From contig OX597818.1 of NCBI GenBank assembly GCA_951406725.2, positions 127,782,001 to 127,846,000 of the forward strand: 64,000 nucleotides of DNA, written 5' to 3'. Numbering within the stretch: the stretch's first letter is position 1; each line of letters opens with the position of its first letter. The stretch is from Octopus vulgaris. Its lineage: Eukaryota. The notes below the pieces were generated by a model. It saw only the letters and a list, made by a program, of their open reading frames with translations, had not been told where the DNA came from and ran no database searches. This document shows positions 37,904 through 50,385 of this stretch, one piece after another. Both the position numbers and the translations under genes were made by a program.

Positions 37904-40900
37904 GTGTTTGTGTGTCTGTGTTTGTCCCCCTAGCATTGCTTGACAACCGATGCTGGTGTGTTTATGTCCCCGTTACTTAGCAGTTCGGCAAAAGAGACCG
38001 ATAGAATAAGTACTAGGCTTACAAAAGAATAAGTCCCGGGGTCGAGTTGCTCGACCAAAGGCGGTGCTCCAGCATGGCCACAGTCAAATGACTGAAACAA
38101 GTAAAAAAAAAAAAGAGTAAAAAGAGTGTACTGGGTGGGGTTTTTTGTGTGTGTGATACCAGCACCAGTGAAGTGACCAAGTACCTACAAGACAAGGCCC
38201 CTACTAAATAAGGTTCAATACTGAGGGAAAAGGTGCTGAAGTGGTAAATACATGGCTTACCCATAAGAAAGAAAGACACAGAGAGGTGTTAGGTCATGGT
38301 ACAAGGTAAATATGAAAGAACAGAACAGGATAGGGGGAACAGGAGAGGCAGATGGGTAGGTAAGTGGAGTAGAGTGATAGATGACTAGAGATAGAGAATG
38401 AGTTGGACACAGAGAATATCAGTTCAGTGGGCGGGGAGGAGAGAAGGAAATAGGGTACTACTGAAAAGGATCCCTCAACATTAGCTAAATGCATACTCCA
38501 TTCACCCAGGTTCATCCAACAGTCCCATTTCTTGTCATTTACTATTGTGCTTCACCTCACGGATGATGGCAGTTTCTTTGTGTCTGAAGATCATGAAGAA
38601 GAGCACCATGCCCTCAAGTGACTATATAAACCAATCCTTAACACTGCAGGGTTTTTCTTTATGCCTGCACTTAGTAGTTTTAAACTGAAACTCAGTCTGT
38701 ACAATCTGATCCCATTCCTTAGGCTTGGAAGCCTCCTCCTAGGTGAATTGCCTTGCAGGGCTAGAGAGCTCCACCTACCCTACAGTTGCCAGAAAACACT
38801 GAACCACCTGAGGTATTCCACTCCTTCATTTACAGTCAAGGTTGATTCCCTTAACCTTTTCCTATCACAAGACACTCACAAAGCAGTGAGGGTTTGTGCT
38901 TGGAGTTTCTTCCATAACATGCTAATTAACCCATAGCTAGGACCCTGACAGATGCTGCTACTCTGTGTCAGTAGACTTAGGAACAATTGTGACTAAAGGG
39001 TGGTTCCACACTCCTCAAAACCCTGAAGTCCTGAACCAGAGCCCCACTCCTGGATGCAGTTTAAAATCATGCCCAGGAACTCCCATCCCCAGATAAGGTA
39101 AAAAGTAAAGACCCCCTTTGATCATGAATGACCATGGGATTGCACTTAGGAAGTCCTCCTCCAAAGCACAAGTCTGGGCAAGGTTGTTTGTGGAAGATAA
39201 GCAGTTGCCCATGCATACCAGTCTCCCCTCTACATACCATGCCACTGATGTTGTCCAAGGGAAATGCAGAGGCCAGTACAACTTGGCACCAGTGGTGTCA
39301 CAACTCATTTCTACAGATGAGTCAGCTGGAACAATGTGAAATAAAGTGTCTTGCTTAAGAACACAACACACAGCCCAATGCAGAAACTTGGCTCACAACC
39401 ACACGATTGTAAACCTGATGCCCTAACCACAGAGTCATGTGCCTTCAACCACTCAGATACAGCACTAAATACTACCCAAGCCTACCATACCAGAGCTTCA
39501 AACTGAAATTCCTTTCCTGCCAATGCTTTTACTAAAACAGTATATCTTAAACCTGTACATTTTCAAACTGAATATCAATGACAGGAATCTTATCAGTTTG
39601 GGAGTATCTGTGAAGAACATGTGACCTACACCCCCACTAATTGATTAATTAAAAAATACAATCTAAAATTAAAGATTTAAAAAATTATCAAATTACAGTG
39701 GCTGAACAACCCAATAAACTATATCAAATTTAATAAGTCACTATAAATTGTTAGACTAATGATGATCTGTGTTGTATCAATCAGATAGGAATTAAAAGCA
39801 AATGAGAGATACGTTAGCAGGTCACTTTCATTTAACCCAGGTTACATCTGACGATATACAAAGATTAAGAACATTTGGCTTCAATCATTTCATATATATC
39901 CTGACTACATCACCCAATGTGCTTAGAGTTTTTTTTTAAGATGGTAGAGTGTGATATGAAGAAATAAGACCATTATTTCCAGCAGGTGGAATGACTGCAT
40001 AGAAACTTTACCTAGCTTGATGCTGGTATGTTGATATGATTAGAGATTAACATATAAGGTGGAGCCATTCATACAAGAACTACAACAGAATGTACCCTGG
40101 TATCTCAAAGATCAACAAAATTCAGATAAGTAATGTTACATCTAATTTATGATGCCAAATTTCATTTATATTTATGCTAATAGCAATACAGTAGTTTAAT
40201 GAAGGTAAGACATTATAGACAAGTTTGAATGAAGTGGTAGATAGCTGATCCAGTTAGAAGTGAAGTAATTAAGAATTACAAAATCTCTGCTCAAAATTAA
40301 CTGACTTCCTGTATGAATCTTAAACCATTTAGCATTGAGATTACTGTCAAATGTAATGCCTATTTATTCATGTTGTTTTGAATTAATCATGAATTATCCT
40401 GAAGCTTTGAGATTTCCATGATGTGACTTTATTTTTAGAGCGACACTGTAAGGTCAGTGTGAAAGGCCAGTTTGAACATAAAACAGGTAGAATATTTGAG
40501 GCAGATATGGCCAGTTTAAATGCTAAAAGGTTAAAATAGGTGCTCCGAAAGTGAGATGTGGCATTTCATGGGGTGAAACGAAGAGGAAAAGTATATGCAT
40601 TATTAAAATCACTTTTCAGAATGAAACTTAACTCTGAAAAATAACACATGTAGATTCAACCTTTAATAGATTATGACCAAGAACTTGGTCCCGATTCCAT
40701 TTGCAACATACTTAGTCCTCTTTTGTCAATGAACACAAAATCTCAGGACTGCTTGTATCACAATCAGCAAGAAATGTCCACATTTTAATAATGCTATGAA
40801 TAAAAAATAGGAACAAAGAAATTATTGAATTTTATGTTCATAATTGTGATTGTTTTCACTTTTTACAGTATTTGTTTTCTTTTGTTTTGTTTTCTAATTT

Positions 40901-42919
40901 ATAAACATTTTATACACTGGGTCAAAAGCTTATTTTTTGAGTCAAATTTGTTCAACAGTACAGTATGTGGTTCAATTTCTTAAGAAATTAGTTACGAGAA
41001 AATTGACATTTTCATCTTCATATGTGGTATTGTGTAAAATCACATATGAAGATGACTTAAAAGAAATCTTGTTTAAATCCTTGGTTTGTGAAAGATTTGA
41101 ATCACAAGTTAATATCATAAAATGGAGGATAATTACAAACAAAATTATTTTTGTTCTTTTTTTTTAAAAGAGCTCACACACATTCCAAACATTAATTAAA
41201 CAAATCACCGGAAAGTTGAAAAAAAAAAAAAAAAGCTGTGTGAACTATTAAAAAACAAGCAACATCTCCAAAACAGATTCTTTAGCTTTTTTATTGAAGA
41301 ACCATCCATTTTATACATTTCTAACATTCTTAACTATTTGTTTAAAATATTTAAACTTAAATATTTGATCTCCTCTCTTTCTTAAGCACATACAAACATC
41401 TCATATCTCCCCTTCCTGAAACATATTCAAAAATTTGGTGCCTTCTTTCTTAAGAGTTACAGTCTCTATTTTGGGACTATTGAACACTTATGCTCCACTT
41501 TGAGGTGGCTTTTTTTTTACCTTCTACAAACAAAAGAAATCCACAGTTCTACTGAGGAAAAAAAAGCAATCCTCAGATCTACAATCTGGCAAATACAGAA
41601 AAGGTTATGCTTTGCTGAGGAAGTCTAACAAGACAGAAATATATCTGGAGTTGTTACTTGTACTAGACAACATCAGGTTGAAATAGTACTAGTCACCAAA
41701 CTAACATTTTCATCCCCTCACCACATAAATATTATTAACTATTTTTTTTTCCTTGCTACATTTAATGTGACACTAATTTATCTTACTCTTTTGTACAGAC
41801 AAGTAATTTCTCTCAATCATTACACAAAGGAAGTATTTTACAGACACAGTTTTTACAAATGAAAAGAAAAGGGGAGTAATAAGCATTAAAAACAATATCC
41901 TGACCTAACCATCTGTGAAGGAGATTATCATCTCATTTATTTTCGAGTCAGTTGAATTATATACACTGACTCACATATCTGATGTTAAGATTGAAACTAA
42001 AGTTAGGTCATTGTTATGGAAGTAGTGGTGGTTGTGTGTATGTGTGTGTAATTCAGGAATAGCAAGGTATAGATAAGAATATAACAGAAACACTGTTTAC
42101 ATAATTTACCTTTGACAGATATTTGTCCTCATTTTGTTTGTTGTTAACACGTTTCGAGGGAAATTTCGAACCTGGGTTCTCATTCCTAAGGTATTTCTCA
42201 ATGTTTTATTATTATTATTATTATCATTTTTATCATCATCATCATTATTATTATTCAGGTCACTGCTTGGAATCAAACTTGCAATTTTGTAGTTAGTAGC
42301 CCGCGCTCTTAACTACTACGACATGCGCGTGGCATAGTGGTTAAGAGCATGGGCTACTAACCCCAAGATTCCAAGTTGGATTCCAGGTAGTGATCTCATC
42401 ATCATCATCGTTTAACGTCCGTTTTCCATGCTAGCATGGGTCGGACGGTTTGACTGGGATCTGGGACACAGGAGGCTGTACCAGGCTCCAGTCTGATCTG
42501 GCAGTGTTTCTACAGCTGGATGCTCTTCCTAACGCCAACCACTCCGCAAGTGTAGTGGGTGCTTTTTACGTGCCACCGGCACAAGGGCCAAAGGACTGGC
42601 AACGGCCACGATCGGTTGGTGCTTTTTATGTGTTACCGGCACAGAAGCCAGTCAAGGCGGCACTGGCATCGGTCACGTTCGGATGGTGCTTTGTACATGC
42701 CACGGGCACGGGAATCACAACTACAATTTCCATTTGATTTTCATTTTGATGTTGATGTACTTGATTCAATAGGTCTCTTCATGTACAGCACGTCGCTGTT
42801 ATGCACCTCTTATATATCCATAGCTTACACTGGGTACATCTTATGGAGTTTCTACCTACACCTTTTCTACAGATCGAGCAGGTGTCATTAAAATATCTTT
42901 CCCATGTGTGTAGGTGTAT

Positions 42920-43770
42920 TGAGGTGGAAGTGAAAAGAATCGAGATCTCTGCTCTCCTGCATGAAGGCCACAAGTCCAACATCACCAAGCGACTCAACAT
43001 CAGTTGGATGACTGTCCACAGAGTCAGAGAGGCTCGAGAACAGGAAAGACCTTGAGCTGTGAACCGTTTGGCTGTGAGAAAGACTTTCGAAAGTGCTCCG
43101 AAGCTCAAAATGACTGCACTCACGAAGAACAACATCTCAGTAGCCACTATATCCAGGGCCATCAAGGAGGAGGGTGGCAAGAGCTTGAGGTGTGTGGAAA
43201 GACCTCTGCTCACCAACCATATGCAAGAACAATGTTGGGAGCACTGTCATAGCCTTCTCAATGATTTGAAGTGCCATGGCAATCAAATTCTCATTTTTTC
43301 TGATGGAAAAACTTTCACAGTCAATCTGATCATCAACAAGCAGAACGACTACATGGTCAGCTTTGGCCAGGACATCTCCAAGGTCCACTACATGTCCACA
43401 ACTAAGCACTTGGCCTCCATGATGATGCTCACTGTCATGGCTTCAAATGGCAAGAAGATGCCACCAGTGTGGTTCGCAGCTGACTACAGGGACATCTTGG
43501 CCATGAAAGTCCTGTCCTGGATGAGAAAGATCACAAAGAAGACAGACTACATCTTTCAGCAAGACAGTGCCCCTGCCCACACAGCCAAGGCCATGCAATA
43601 GTGGTTGGGGTCAAACATGAACTTTTGGTCAAAGGATTTTTGGCTGCCACAGTTTCCCAACCTCAACCCCCTCAACTGCAGTATGTGAGTGCATGTTGAG
43701 GGCAAGGCCTGCAAGGTCCATTATAACAACATCGACGAGCTGAAGTCTTCCATCAACTGTGAATGGACCA
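42920..43770 (+). pseudogene. maT/DD37D-like Tc1/mariner transposase relic
   Basis: IFSDGKTFTV, TTKHLASMMML, QQDSAPAHTAK and FWLPQFPNLNPLN motifs. In-frame stops at about 43599 and 43686. Confidence 0.8.
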
Positions 43771-43779
43771 GCACGGATT

Positions 43780-43829
43780 TTTGTCAGTGAACAGGTCGCA
43801 GATTTTAGCGACGAAAATATTTTGACAAA
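43780..43829 (+). ncRNA. Hammerhead-like motif with G3:C8 variant core
   Basis: UUUGUCA-GUGAACA-G-GUCGC(AGAUUUUA)GCGAC-GAAA-AUAU-UU-UGACAAA: 7-bp stem I, 5-bp stem II, palindromic stem III region. Confidence 0.55.
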
Positions 43830-43975
43830 TTAAACTTAAATGTTGAAGTGAATCGAACGGCTTTTGTGTGTTTCTTTAATGGCTTACAAACACCTTCCAC
43901 ACTGCAATTGTTTTCGTTTCAGCACACGATTTCAGATCAAATCACTTGCTATGCGAGTACATCTCCGTAATATAT

Positions 43976-44009
<34 letters not shown>

Positions 44010-44141
44010 TATATTCATACATATGCATACATGTATACACACACATGTATAGCCCATAACGTGTACCTTCCCAAAACTTGTGACATTTCTGCAGTTGCTG
44101 AACAATTTACATTATAACAATAAGCTTTATATTGATACCTT

Positions 44142-44324
44142 CTAAAGCTTTGTGCTGTGCAAGCAAGGTGGGACAGCAGACAGTCTCGTTAACCTGTATA
44201 GTAATTGTGTCTCGTTGAGGGGAAAATAAGTTGTCAAGTTTTCATTGAATGGTGATCTCAAAGACTCTGTCACAAAGTTAAAGCAAGTGTAGAGTAGAGC
44301 ATTTATTCTGTGTCTGGCTGACAC
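44142..44324 (-). CDS. Candidate last coding exon of an unidentified gene (VSARHRINALLYTCFNF...PPCLHSTKL*)
   Basis: Acceptor ctttttgcatgtacag|GTG. Only the phase-0 frame is open (60 codons to TAG). Non-repetitive, and followed 3 nt after the stop by a donor-like AAG|gtatca. No upstream exon found in the window. Confidence 0.5.
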   Translation of the reverse strand: MSARHRINALLYTCFNFVTESLRSPFNENLTTYFPLNETQLLYRLTRLSAVPPCLHSTKL

Positions 44325-47300
44325 CTGTACATGCAAAAAGTTTAAGTGGAACGAAAGGCAATATGATCTGCTTGGGAATGTGAATATGGTTAGGAGTGAG
44401 AGTAAGCTGATAGTTAATGCACAATAGAAAAAATGCTATAGCAAATCCTTATAATATGGTGAACCGACAGAGTTATTGTGGAATGAGTCAGTATGTTTTT
44501 TGCTATTTATTCCAACTCTCAGCAGTCTTGAGTTCAAATCCCACTAAGATCAACTTTACCTTTCACTTTTAAAGGGCTGATGAAAAAAAAAGGCTACCAA
44601 TCAGGCGTAGGAGTGGCTGAGTGGTAAGTAGCTTGCTTACCAACCACATGGTTCCGGGTTCAGTCCCACTGCGTGGCACCTTGGGCAAGTGTCTTCTGCT
44701 ATAGCCCCGGGCCGACCAATGCCTTGCGAGTGGATTTGGAAGACGGAAGCTGAAAGAAGCCCATCGTATATATGTATATATATATATGTGTGTGTGCGTG
44801 TATGTTTGTGTGTCTGTGTTTGTCCCCCTAGCATTGCTTGACAACCGATGCTGGTGTGTTTACGTCCCCGTTACTTAGCGGTTTGGCAAAAGAGACCGAT
44901 AGAATAAGTACTGGGCTTACAAAAAGAATAAGTCCCGGGGTCGAGTTGCTCGATTAAAGGCAGTGCTCCAGCATGGTCGCAGTCAAATGACTGAAACAAG
45001 TAAAAGAGTAAAGAGTAAGAGTAATCAAGGGCAAAAGATTAGAGGGAATTGTAAAGAACATTGGACTGCATGCTTTGTGGTATTTGTTCCAATTCACAGC
45101 GTGGCCTACTTGGATAATAGATTTAACCATTCACCCAGTTTAACAGCAGCACCTGGTCCTTGGATGTCTTTAGCAGTTCCCACTCTGTAACAAGCATTTG
45201 GGTCAGGTCTCAAGTTTAGGGATATCTTCCTCCCTTCCTCCCACCAGATGCTTTTAAAGGGTCATGAACACTAAAAGTTTTTTAAAATACAAAACCACCC
45301 ATCATACCTCATGGTCCCAAGTTACAAACCCACTCTTAACCAGTCCATATCACAGCGTTTATTTCTTAAAGATAAGATTTCAGCTAATCAAAACCCTTTA
45401 GTTTATTTATGTAAAGAAAAAATACTTCGTGCTCCATATATCAGCTTAACCCACCAGCCTATAAACAAAAAAGCTGGTTATTTTATTAAAACTGGTCCAA
45501 AGTTCTCATATTTACAAATGATTCAAAGCAAACAGGTTGTCTACTCTTGTTAGAAACAGGGTCATGAAGCAGTATTAATTCTAGGTCATCATTATCATCA
45601 AATTTTCTTTCTTTTATTCATACAATTATGTAATAAATAATAAGCTGAGAATAGGCGTAGGAGTGGCTGTGTGGTAAGTAGCTTGTTTACCAACCACATG
45701 GTTCTGAGTTCAGTCCCACTGCGTGGCACCTTGGGCAAGTGTCTTCTACTATAGCCTTGGGCCGACCAAAGCCTTGTGAGTGGATTTGGTAGACAGAAAC
45801 TGAAAGAAGCCTGTCGTATATATGTATATATATATAGATATAGGAGTGGCTGTGTGGTAAGTAGCTTGTTTACCAACCACATGGTTCCAGGTTCAGTCCC
45901 ACTGCGTGGCACCTTGGGCAAGTGTCTTCTACTATAGCCTCGGGCCGACCAAAGCCTAGTGAGTGAATTTGGTAGACAGAAACTGAAAGAAGCCCATCGT
46001 ACATATGTATATATGTGTATGTGTGTGTATATGTTTGTGTGTCTGCGTTTGTCCCCCCCCCAACATCGCTTGTCAACCGATGCTGGTGTGTTTACGTCCC
46101 CGTAACTTAGCGGTTCGGCAAAAAGAGACCGATAGAATAAGTACCAGGCTTACAAAGAATAAGTCCTGGGGTCGATTTGCACGACTAAAAGGCGGTGCTC
46201 CAGCATGGCCACAGTCAAATGACTGGAACAAGTAAAAAGTAAGAAGTAAAGTAAAGTATACCTGACCTGCTTAACATGGAATGCCTTAATATTTTAGTAG
46301 ATAAATAAAATATATAAGGTTTGCTCACATGAGGCCCTAACTATATTTGAAAGAAGGCCAGTAGGAGTATCATTGTCACGAATGAAACTAACAACAATAA
46401 ACATTCAACAGAGGGTGGTAGCTGTTTCAGCACTTAAATCAACCCTTAGTGCATTACTAGCCCATATTTTAGTGACTGTGGGAGGATGAAAGGCAAAATC
46501 GATCTGAAAAGAATGAAAGGTTGGATATGGATATTTTGGTTGGATATGGCCAGTTTAAATGCTAAAGGGTTCAGGCATTTTACCAGGTTCTTTAATCAAA
46601 TCTACCATTCATTGCTGTGATAATAATAGTAACAATGATAGTTATTTATTCAATGCTTCAGTCCAATAAATATAGCAAATTCTTTATCGTATCATGAAGT
46701 GAGAGGCCCTTGCGAAACTGAGGAGTGAGAAATTAAAAACTGGAACTGTGAAGTTCATGTCTCTCCAAATGGAAGTACTCCGTCGGTTACGACGACGAGG
46801 TTTCCGGTTGATCCGATCAACGGAACAGCCTGCTCGTGAAATTAACGTGTAAGTGGCTGAGCACTCCACAGACACGTGTACCCTTAACGCAGTTCTCGGG
46901 GATATTCAGCGTGACACAGAGAGTGACAAGGCCGGCCCCTTGAAATACAGGTACAACAGAAACAGGAAGCAAGAGAGAAAGTTGTGGTGAAAGAGTACAG
47001 CAGGGATCACCACCATCCCTGCCGGAGCCTCGTGGAGCTTTAGGTGTTTTCGCTCAATAAACACTCACAACGCCCAGTCTGGGAATCGAAACCGCGATCC
47101 TACGACCGCGAGTCCGCTGCCCTAACCACTGGGCCATTGCGCCTCCACCTGTCTTTCCAAAGCGAAGTGGCAGAAAGGTAAACTTAATCCATCACCCAGT
47201 TTAACACCACCATACGGCATCTTGGATGCCTTTAGTCGACTCCAGTCTGTTACAAGCATTTAAGCCAGGTTTCCAGATATTCCTTATTCCCTCCCACCCA

Positions 47301-48214
47301 GAAATTTTGGAGGCCCTGTAAAGGGTCACGTGCACTGCTTCTCTCTAGACTAAAAGATAGAAAGACTACATTGAATACTTACAAGAATCAAACATGGAGA
47401 ATAATAGATTTTGTTTACCAGTATTTTAACCCTTACACAACAATGATCGCCAGTTCAAAACCAGCAAATGCACAACACCGGCTTTCTACAAAGCTGTAAA
47501 TAGTAAATGAAAGAGCCACTACACAGCCATCTGAATAAAAGTCAATAAGCCTTAAATGTGGACATTGGAGTTGTCACCCTTGATTTAAACATTTTTAGAA
47601 TACTAAGCTTGAAAGAGCATGTTAAAATTGTACAAACATTAAATATGATTGCAAATACAAACAGATTTAATACTTATGCAGTACAGTGTCTTATTTCCTT
47701 CTGTTTATAAAAATAAACGCACACACATCTCAAGGGTAAGCCTCAGTCCAGTCAATACGTCTTGATACACTGGTATGTAATGCAGTCATTCTAAGTGAAC
47801 TAAGAATTCCTTTCCTTTATATAACTTTTTTTTTTTTTCAAAATCATTTATAAGAAAAGAACACTGTACATGACGTTTCTCTGGGCCTTGAAGACCTTGA
47901 AGGTCCCAAGCCCTAATGCTTACTATAAAGTGGACTCTATGGTGTTAAACAGGGTGTTGAATTAAGTTTACTATACAAACAGAGAACAATGAGACTTGAA
48001 CTCAAGGCAGAAAAATATCACAAGCCATCCCACCTAATGCTCTAACGATTATAACAGTGTACCATCCAAGATCCAAGTTTGTTACTTCAGTTAAAGACCC
48101 CACTGCAAAGATGAAAGGAAAAATTAACTGCCAAGAGATTTGAAATAGTATTCATGTGTCAGTGTAAATATACTTAAACCTTTTATACCATGTTCATGTT
48201 CGAATATACTTTAT

Positions 48215-48460
48215 TTCAATAAACTGCCGGCATCAGTTGTTAGTTGTCGGAGCACTGCATCCTTCAAAACTTCCATGCTTCCTGAGATTCGCCAACGCTA
48301 CACCTGATTTTCTCCCCTCCATACACACACAAGCATGTATCTGACTCATACATTGTTCGCTTTCCAGACATTTGTACATTACTGCATATACTTTATACGC
48401 ACATTCTGACAAATTTGTGGTGCACCTGAGCACTGTATACAATAATTTCATTATTATTAT
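48215..48460 (+). mobile_element. CR1/L2-type LINE 3' end (second copy inverted at about 51265-51400)
   Basis: FNKLPASVVSCRSTASFKTSM...* followed by a 3' UTR and (TTA)n tail. Confidence 0.6.
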
Positions 48461-50184
48461 TTCAAATTTTTAAAATAAAGAATTTAGTAAAATAACTGTC
48501 ATTAAGCTGGTGTTTGGAACATAAATTAGCACAAAATGTTGATGGAAGATTTTAATTTTGATAATATACAAAGTTTGTACCAGAACTAGGAGTGGTCTCA
48601 GGCAGGCTGGTATCAAAAGCATTGAAATAGCTCCAAGGGATAATTAAGGGCTAGTGTTATGACGTGATCTAATGGTATTAGTTGGGTTGGGAGTGAGTTT
48701 AATCTTTCCCTAGATGGTGTACAAGTAATTAACATTACCAGATGAAATAAGCCCTATTCCTGACAAGCAAGGAATACTGAGTTGATATAAGATTATATTC
48801 TAGAGTCAACATATATATATAGGCGCAGGAGTGGCTGTGTGGTAAGTAGCTTGCTTACCAACCACATGGTTCCGGGTTCAGTCCCACTGCGTGGCATCTT
48901 GGGCAAGTGTCTTCTGCTATAGCCCCGGGCCGACCAATGCCTTGTGAGTGGATTTGGTAAACGGAAACTGAGAGAAGCCTGTCGTATATATATATATATA
49001 TATACATGTATGTGTGTGTATATGTTTGTGTTTGTCCCCCCCACCATCGCTTGACAACCGATGCTGGTGTGTTTACGTCCCCGTCACTTAGCAGTTCGGC
49101 AAAAAGAGACCGATAGAATAAGTACTGGGCTTACAAATAAGTCCCGGGGTCGATTTGCTCGACTAAAGGTGGTGCTCCAGCATGGCCGCAGTCAAATGAC
49201 TGAAACAAGTATATATGTATATATGTATATATATGTGTGTCTGTGTCTGTGTTTGTGTGTCTGTGTTTGTCCTCCTAGCATTGCTTGACAACCGATGCTG
49301 GTGTGTTTATGTCCCCGTCACTTAGCAGTTCGGCAAAAGAGACCGATAAAATAAGTACTGGGCTTACAAAGAATAAGTCCCGGGGGTCGATTTGCTCGAC
49401 TAAAGGTGGTGCTCCAGCATGGCCGCAGTCAAATGACTGAAACAAGTAAAAGAGTAAAAGAGAATATAACAAAACATATGCAGCAGCTTCTTATAACCAA
49501 GTAGACGCCAATGACGAATATCATCATCATCATCGTTTAACGTCCGCTTTCCATGCTAGCATGGGTTGGACGGTTCAACAGGGGTCTGGGGAGCCCGAAG
49601 GCTGCACCAGGCCAGTCAGATCTGGCAGTGTTTCTACAGCTGGATGCCCTTCCTAACGCCAACCACTCCGAGAGTGTAGTGGGTGATTTTATGTGCCACC
49701 GATACAGGTGCCAGACGAGGCTGGCAGACGGCCACACAGGTGCCAGACGAATATGAGAAATATAAATCTGTAACAGAGGCTTTATAGTAAAACTACAGTA
49801 ATTGTTAGCAAAAAAGACCAGCTATAATAAGCATTAATAGAATAATAGCAGAAGCTTGGACTTTATTGGTAATTAGTGATTATTAACAGTTCAAAAGTGG
49901 TATAAATTGGTTTGCTTTGAGGAAATAGAACACATTTAACATTAAATCAATTTATTCCATTTTCAAGCTAATTAGTGTTAACATGCGTGCATGTGTGTGT
50001 ATGTGTGTGTGCGTGTGCGTATGCGTGTGAATATGCGTGTGTGATTCACATATTTCTATGCATCTTTTTTTCCCTTATAATTCGTTAATTTCAAATTCTA
50101 ATTTATCTTGCCTATTATTATAAAATGATTATCTCCCTTGTAAGTATTAGAGAAACTGAGCAGACCTTTTTGTAGACCTTAGTG

Positions 50185-50385
50185 CAGTGCTTTTCAAACT
50201 TTTTGCTGGAGCGGAACCCCAAGGAAACATTCCACTGGCTCGGGGAACCCCTGTGCAATAATTTAATAGTCTTATGCACACATATCTGCACAGGAGAATT
50301 AAAAATTACTGCCGATTTTAGCAGTTTTGAAACTTCTTGCAAAACCCCTGGACTGTACTGGCGGAACCCTGGTTGAAAACCACTG
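50185..50385 (-). mobile_element. hAT MITE
   Basis: CAGTG..TTTCAA TIRs, perfect 8-bp TSD ccttagtg (50177-50184 and 50386-50393). Related shorter copy at 25142-25297 with TSD atctacac/atcttcac. Confidence 0.85.

Noticed and set aside
47372-47493. Exon-like segment with AG/GT signals on the minus strand
   Set aside because: Stops in all frames to the distal donor, and the phases at the proximal donor do not fit the phase-0 exon at 44324.
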